Source: Catajapyx aquilonaris
Taxonomy: Eukaryota
Assembly (NCBI GenBank): GCA_000934665.2
Contig: KZ537963.1
Span: forward strand, 124,001-188,000
Length of the DNA stretch: 64,000 bases
Direction: 5' to 3'
Shown in pieces: positions 57,001-64,000 of the stretch. The translations under genes and the position numbers were made by a program. The notes under the pieces were generated by a model, which was not told the DNA's origin, ran no database searches, and saw only the letters and a program-made list of their open reading frames with translations. Position 1 is the first letter of the stretch; the number at the start of each line of letters is the position of its first letter.

Positions 57001-60000
57001 ATTATGCAGACATCCCGCGCTGTTACAGGAAATGAAATAGCGTGTGCAGAATTCCATATTAGCTGGAGCCCATGATTTTTACGATTGCTGCAGGAGGACT
57101 CTGGATAATAAAAAATAAAGGTGTAGAATAATCCTATAGGATTGTCACCACCGGGTGAAGATTAAAGATTGGTATAAATCGAGGGGAACAAGCAGTTTGG
57201 GTATATAGAAAAAGGAGGTTTCTTCACGTGGCCTCCGTCTTTTACGTGGAGGTATTTGGCCTTAGGGACAGGTGGAACGGTCCTCTCTTAAATCGTCCAT
57301 TGACGTAGCGGACTAGCTCTGGCTGGCAATTTGTATTGTAATTAGATAAAGGGGGTCGCTGAATTTTTTTTTGGAGAGGCATCGAAAAGTTGCGGGCAGA
57401 CAAAAGATAGCGTTTGGCAGTTGGAACATGCAGAACCTCCTTAGAAAACTTCATTTGTGTTTTAGCGAAGGTAAAGAAGGGCTGCTTGGATGGTTGAAAA
57501 GGACGTGGGGAAATTGATGATTGGCAAGATTCATTCCGGGACCCCGAACTTTCTTTTTTAAATGAACATGTGCAGAATGTTGAAAGGTGCCACGGTGTGT
57601 GAATGAATAGATTGGCACGTCATTTGGAGGAGAAAAAATATCGACAAATTCGGTTTGCACATTTGCTCATATTTATCTGTACGTGCAGAAATGATTAACA
57701 CTTTTGCACAACTCGCAGAATTCGTAATTGATGTGCTCTCACATTTCAACATTAGTCGCAGTTGATAGTTTGTTCGGACCACCCTGTATAAAGGCAGCCA
57801 AGGCGTTGATGAAGTTGCAGAATTGCTGGCTTGACAGCTCAACTCAGCAATATTAATTAGCATTGCCGATTCAGTTAATTTGCGCACTTCCTCCGCCCTT
57901 TGGCGCACTTTTCAACCCCCTTAAATCATTCACAACTTCTGACTCCTCTGTGAATACGAAGCGTCGCCCAATGAAACAAGAATTCAGGTTGCTATAATTC
58001 TCTATTCTCTTTACTATTCTCGCACCATTTTCACCTGCTAATAGCTAGTCTTTCATGCGTGGGAATGGAATTAAACAAGTGCCAATGGAAGGAGGTCAGG
58101 AAAAGGGATGGCCGACCGGAAACCGAGAATTAAATAGCATCACCTGGCCAATGCCCCCCTTTGAAAATGCACGTAGACAAACAGCCGTGAGAAACAGGTG
58201 CGCAAAGAAACATGGCGAGCCAATCTTAAGGCGCCATACTGGCAAACGTATATAAGAAGCGACCATAAGCGGGACAATCCTTCCGCAATTTTGGGTAGAG
58301 AATCGTGACTGGAAGGATGGGACAGTCCAACATGGCCCCTTGTAATTAAGCGGATTGAAAATGAGGACCCGTCTTCTCCACCAGTTAGGAAAATATTATT
58401 GAGAGAGACATTACGAGGAATAAACTGAGTGTTGATCTTGATGGCAACAAAAAAAAAGCGTTTTCGAAGAAGAAGCGGATTTAGCCTTGGGTTATGGAAG
58501 CTCCAAAAGTTGACCTCAGCACGCAACTCACATGTCCTACTGTACTCTCCTTTCCATCCTGATTATTACTCTCTCTAGCCCCTAACATTATCTTCCAGAC
58601 AAGTCCCACAGAAAAAAAACAAAATCCTCCCAATCACCGCCCTACAATTTAAAAATCTTCCAGATACAGATTTATTATTTTTTGTGCACCGACCCGTGTA
58701 GAAAGCCTCGGTAATAATATCTTGCGACTTGCCATACTTTGGCCGGGCTTATCGATACCGCAAATATAGTCCGATAAGCCGTCCAAACTCGGGGCAAACT
58801 TTACAGACAATATTTGATGTATCCTGCACTGCATTAATGGCCAGGTTTTGTCAGATAAAGCTGGTCTGTTGGGGCCTCTAAAGATCAGCCAAGTTATGCG
58901 AATTTCAACCTTGGCGTGATGACCATCTATGTGTAAATGCAATTAGAAAAATATGCACTTTGGTTCGATTTATGTCGAAAGTTGTGCACGCTGAGGTACT
59001 AAAGTTCAATCGTCACCTAAAGATTTATGCACAAATCGTGGAATCGGCTCCCCTTGCTTAAAACCTGCGTAACGATGCCGTTACTATGGGGGATGGGAAG
59101 CACGTAACTCTCGTTAACTCTCACAACGAGTCGTTGCGGGCAAGGATATAAAAAAAAACCGCTACCAAAAATCGAAGGAAGTACTAATTGCTGACCGTAT
59201 CCTAGCTTTGATCTGGCTTGTCGCGTCAAGGCAGAAGACACATTGTGGGAAAGCTATCAGCGCAGTTAGGTGCAAGAAATCTTTCGGAGGAACTTCATTA
59301 CAATAGTTTTTTGTGTGTGAAGACTTTATCTCATCTAAAAGGGTTGGAGAAATATTATAACCACACAGGTGGCAACTTGTACATTGTTCAAAAGGCTATG
59401 TTTGGAAATTTCATACACACAAACTGAACCAGTTGCGAACGTCAAAACCTTTTATTTTCTCTAATGGCATGTGAGGCTAATTATTGCTTGTGCACGTCAT
59501 TTGTCCTAATGCAGATATCACTTATTCCATCTGGCGTTGTACGAAAAAATGGCAAAAATTTACGGCAAGAAAAACCGGTTTTTCTGCAAAAGCTTTCATT
59601 CTTTTCAGGCTCACAATTCCTTGGTCATTTGAGCAATTTGAGGCTCCGGGCGCCCAGCAAATTTGCACGTGACGTCTTACCACAAAACATTGCGATTTCT
59701 ACTTACTCATCCAACTGGAGAGATCGAAGTGTGTGCACTGTGGTCCTCTTTCCGTACAACTCTCTGTAATACTTGTACTGGTCTCCGTACACCCAACACA
59801 CTTTCCACCACTGACGACACATCAAAGTGTTCGTCTGCTGCTGCACTACACCCTTTGCCTCTGCCATCTTGATTTACGATCCTTGTTAAATTGGACCCAG
59901 TGACATATTCACTGATCACTTCCGTGGGTAGTCGAAACAGACACGACACCAACACCTTTCACTTTTGGGTCGTGACAGATGCCTACACATTCACAAAACA

Positions 60001-63000
60001 CCTCCACTTTCGGTACAAATCCCTTCCAAGTGTTAACAAATTTTCGGGGCCACACAATCACACACGTCTGGCTCGAGCTAGCAAAAACTCAGGCCATAAA
60101 GATTCACAGATGCTAATTGCAGGCCGCTACCGTACATGCCAGGCGTGATATTTGATCCCGGGAGCCAAGGCCAGACTCTACTCCTCCACAGCTCATTTTC
60201 ACCTGAAGAAGCCCGCTGCTTCGGCCAACCAACCAATGGTCCGTTCTTTTTACCACCCTTCACCTCCACCACTACCAACCATACCAAAAAGGCGAAGGTG
60301 CTGCCTCCATGCGTCTTGGATTTTTTCTCTCTCTTTTGTTTCTTATCCAACCATGTACTCATCTACGTACATCAATTTTAACAATCTGAACTGTAGCCTC
60401 AGCTAGCAGTAGAGGGTGACTTCTGGATATTTTTGACTTTTTTTTTGTGAGTGTAAAAGCATGTGACGATTGACATCCGCACGGTTGACCCCAGCATTCG
60501 CTGCAGTCCATCAAGGTAATGGTTCGTGTAATTGAATGTTTCAGCAGCACTTTCCAACTGGTGGAATCCGAGTGGGCTCGGGGTCCCCACTAAAAAAGAA
60601 TAGTGAAATATGGCCCATGGGCAGTCGACACTGCCACTTTTGGCAGCGGATGGTCCGTTTTTGCAATTCGTGACTCGCATATGGTTATTTTATTTATGGC
60701 CTCTAACGTATAGAGTAGTTAAAAAAAATATGGGGGAATGAAATACAACCAACATTCCATCCTTTCCACTTAACCAAAGGGACAGGTAGACAAAGCGAGT
60801 GACAGGTGCCTTAGAAGCCAAAGGAAAACTTCCTGTCAACTTTTCATTAGCCAGAAACACAGCTCACGAGGAAGGGGGTTCGGGGGTCCAGAACACGCTC
60901 CTCCAAAGTGGTTCGACTTCACAAAGATGCCTCGAAGGCCCAGGATTTTTTTTTTTTGTGTCTGTGCTCACCCTGTGCTTGTGTCCATCCGCATTGTCAC
61001 CGCCATCTCACAACCAGATAAGCATATTTAGCCTCCCGTTCTACAAATAAGCTTTCAACTGGCTCAGACCAAGCAATCAATCTGGTTGGGCCACCATTCG
61101 TGGTAGAGACGGGAAAAGTTATGTCCCGTCTTCATATAACGGGACAGCCGTATGTGCAAAATAAGTATGGAAGAAAATTAGTAGTTGGCGCATTTCCTTC
61201 CGAAATTATGCAGCGGTACGACATGTTTTGTTCAAAAAGAGGCGACGTTATTCGATGCCTGTGACGCCCTTATACAGTGGACAGAACCTGCATGATACAT
61301 GTGAAAAGCCATGTTTTTTCACCCCTGACTGGCAACTGTCCCTCGCATCATCATTGAACGATCGTTACGCTTAACTCCCACTAGCCCACATATGTCGTTC
61401 AAATGAAAATGAGATATTCCTGGAACCGTTTTGTAATCATGAGTGCGTGAATGCGAGCCTTCAATAAAAGAGGGGCCAGATCGAATCCATCATGCTGGAT
61501 GCCAATCTGAGTCAAACAGTGTAATAAATTATGGGAGCTTCACTGCTGTTAAATAAACATCCAAGTGGAGTCAGTTTTGTTGATTAATGCGCTGTTATTG
61601 GTTATTTTACGATATAATAACATTGCTGGTATAACATGCGTGTATGAATTTATGAGGCTGCTAAATTATTAAATGTGTCCGGCCTAGTAGAAACTGCGCG
61701 GGTCATTTTAATAAAAATGAAAAAAAAAGGGTGAAATGGCGAGGTTTAGTTTGAAAATTTCTGGGCCGCAAACTTTTTGAAACGCAACACCTGTTAGGCC
61801 TGGCGCCACTTCAAGTGGAAGGCGTAATTTTACACCAGATGTGGCAAACACTTATTCGCGTTTTCTGCTGCACCTCTCTAAAACGAATCGCTGCAGTGCC
61901 GCAGCTTTTGTTACTGCCCGGACCAGCACCTAAAATTCTACTATGTGCTCATTTTGTGCAGAAAAAAATACGCCTACATTCAACAATGCTGAAAGTGTCT
62001 CATTGTCATCTGGAATGTACGTTACATTCAAACTTTTTCTATATGTTTGTCAAATTTTTTGACAATTTTCTGTCAATAATTTTTTTTGACTACGTATTAT
62101 TAAACGTCACACAGTGCATAGTAGTGTTGCCTGAAAGCAACAAAGCTATACACATATGTTCCCAAATATTCCAACTACTAATCTTCAATTATATGTCATA
62201 TTTTTACGGTTAATTTTTAATAAAAGGTCAGCACATTTGCACAATGTGAACCAAAAGCAACAGTCAGCAACATCTCTTCTAACTTACTATAAGACACTTT
62301 TTCAATAATTGCAATTTGAATTAAATGTGAAAGTCTGTGTCGCCATGTTCAATTACTGTGGAATCCAATCCGGTTATTAACTTTAGTGTGTAAGTACCTT
62401 TCATTAGCCCCGTAATAAACTTGACCGGGCCAGTTTACCTCGCCCCCTTGCTAGGTGCAACACCAATTCCCATTCCACGGCAAACCTCCCCAAAAAATTT
62501 ACTGTTGATGCCTTCCAAATGACCGAACCACACAAAAATTACGACTCTTTTAAAATCCCTCATTACCGTCCTGACCCTGACTTAATGCAACAGGCTCAGG
62601 TACTAATTTCCACCCTCAAGACACACACGTTTTACTGTACTTGTGAGGTTCGAGTTTTTTGTGTGTGTTTCCTCAGCAGAAGACCCAAGCGTTATATTCA
62701 GCTTCCCCAACTTTTTGGTAGTTATTATTATTCCGAAGAGCTGATGGCCTTGGCATTCTCCAAGTTGCTGGCTCCATTTTGGCCTGACGGGTCAGAGGGA
62801 CCAACCAACAGTGTGCCCCGAGGGCGACGGAAAAAGGGGCAGTGCTTCCATCGCAGGCCTCGATTTATTGCAGGAGAAGAGGGGCAATCCTATAGTTCTG
62901 GTGCACTTGGCTCTCTTCAAGGATGACATGTGCCCTCGAGGGATCCGAACCTCGCTTTCCCTTCATTTTCTTTTTTTTTGTGTGTTTTGTTTAGATGGAG

Positions 63001-64000
63001 GGGGGGACTGGCTACTCTGGCCATGTATGAAAGCTCTGGGACCAACAGTGGGCCCCCTTGGTGAAATGATCTTCGATTCAAATCATGCCATGAATTTATG
63101 ATTCGAAGCAGGCGCCGAAGGTAAGAGTGATCTAGCCTGGCAAGATTGTAAAGTCATTCATATCGGAATTCAGTGGGAAAGGCTTCCAGTTGAAATATGT
63201 CTTCAACACGAGGGCTGTGATGGCTTCGTCAACATTGTAGCAAGTGTTAGGCTCAATAGTATATGCCTACTGATTAATTGGATTTACAAAAAAAAAGAGC
63301 GGCACTCTACATACAACTTGACGTTGGCTTTCTTATTACACTCGCCTGATGAATGAGGCTTGGTCGGGGCTTCCCAAAAAGGCAACCCCTCCACAATTTC
63401 CATGGAATTGGCGAGAGTAGCTGTATCGAAGCGTAAATCCGGGGGCTTTCCTCTCACCCCCAACCCTCTCTGAACTGCATATACTCCTCATCCAGCCAAC
63501 CTCGCGTGCAAGCTCTGGCTTCAATTACGACCCAAACATGGGGGGCTACCATGTGTATAATGAAACACCTTCAACAAACTCCCTGGGAGCTGAGTACACC
63601 TTCATCCACCTAGTGGTGTGCAACAGGTGATTACGACTTTTTTTCCCCCTATATATAACCGAGCAGTAAAAGTCGCACCAAATTTGGATTGTCTAGAAGT
63701 AAAATGCTCTAAAATTCAGCGTACTAACCTAACGTGAATGGCTGTTGAGGTAATCATATTTTTTGAATAATAAAAAAATCCCAGCCAGTTTTTCTATAGA
63801 GGTTATAGATGTTCTCCAGCGCCATCTTTTTCCTGGCAGTAATTTTCTCGACCATTTGCAAGACCTCAAAGGCATCGAATTTGTCTATTTTTTGGGAGCT
63901 CCAAAGCTGCACACGCGACTGTCCTCAAAGCGCCACTTGTGAGTTTTGAATATCAGACGTCGTGACCATTAACTCTGATAACAAGCTGCAGTTCGAGTCC

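Noticed and set aside
42820..58737. The peptide MASRKILL appears in two minus-strand ORFs (42843 and about 58735) with only synonymous differences
   Set aside because: Similarity stops after 8 codons and there is no splice support. About one such match is expected by chance in a six-frame 64 kb translation.
51500..64000. Numerous 60-150 aa ORFs
   Set aside because: No domain motifs, composition driven by homopolymers, no exon chains; treated as intronic or intergenic.

Overview
Eukaryotic, intron-containing DNA, most likely from an arthropod with a compact genome (many 50-120 nt GT-AG introns; DM4/DM12 and DUF229 family genes). Gene order: 5' half of a DDX5/DDX17 (p68/Rm62) DEAD-box helicase (-); head-to-head with an intact 3-exon Mutator-transposase-like C2H2/SWIM zinc-finger gene that lacks the catalytic core (+); RMI2 (+); RIC1/Rich (-); a secreted DM4/DM12 protein (+); SMC2 (-), with a DUF229 gene nested antisense in one intron; two tandem RTCA (RNA 3'-phosphate cyclase) copies (+); prickle (-), whose 5'-most exon was not found in the window, with a small secreted His/Gly-rich peptide gene nested antisense in a 9.8 kb intron. 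Many TA-flanked MITE-like inverted repeats occur, densest in the DDX5/17 introns. Top observations: reciprocal substitutions in the adenine pocket of the two RTCA paralogs; a possibly domesticated DDE-less Mutator gene with its stop codon in a hairpin loop; a hairpin-packed DEAD-box pre-mRNA; two nested antisense genes. All calls come from reading and translating by eye; no searches were run.
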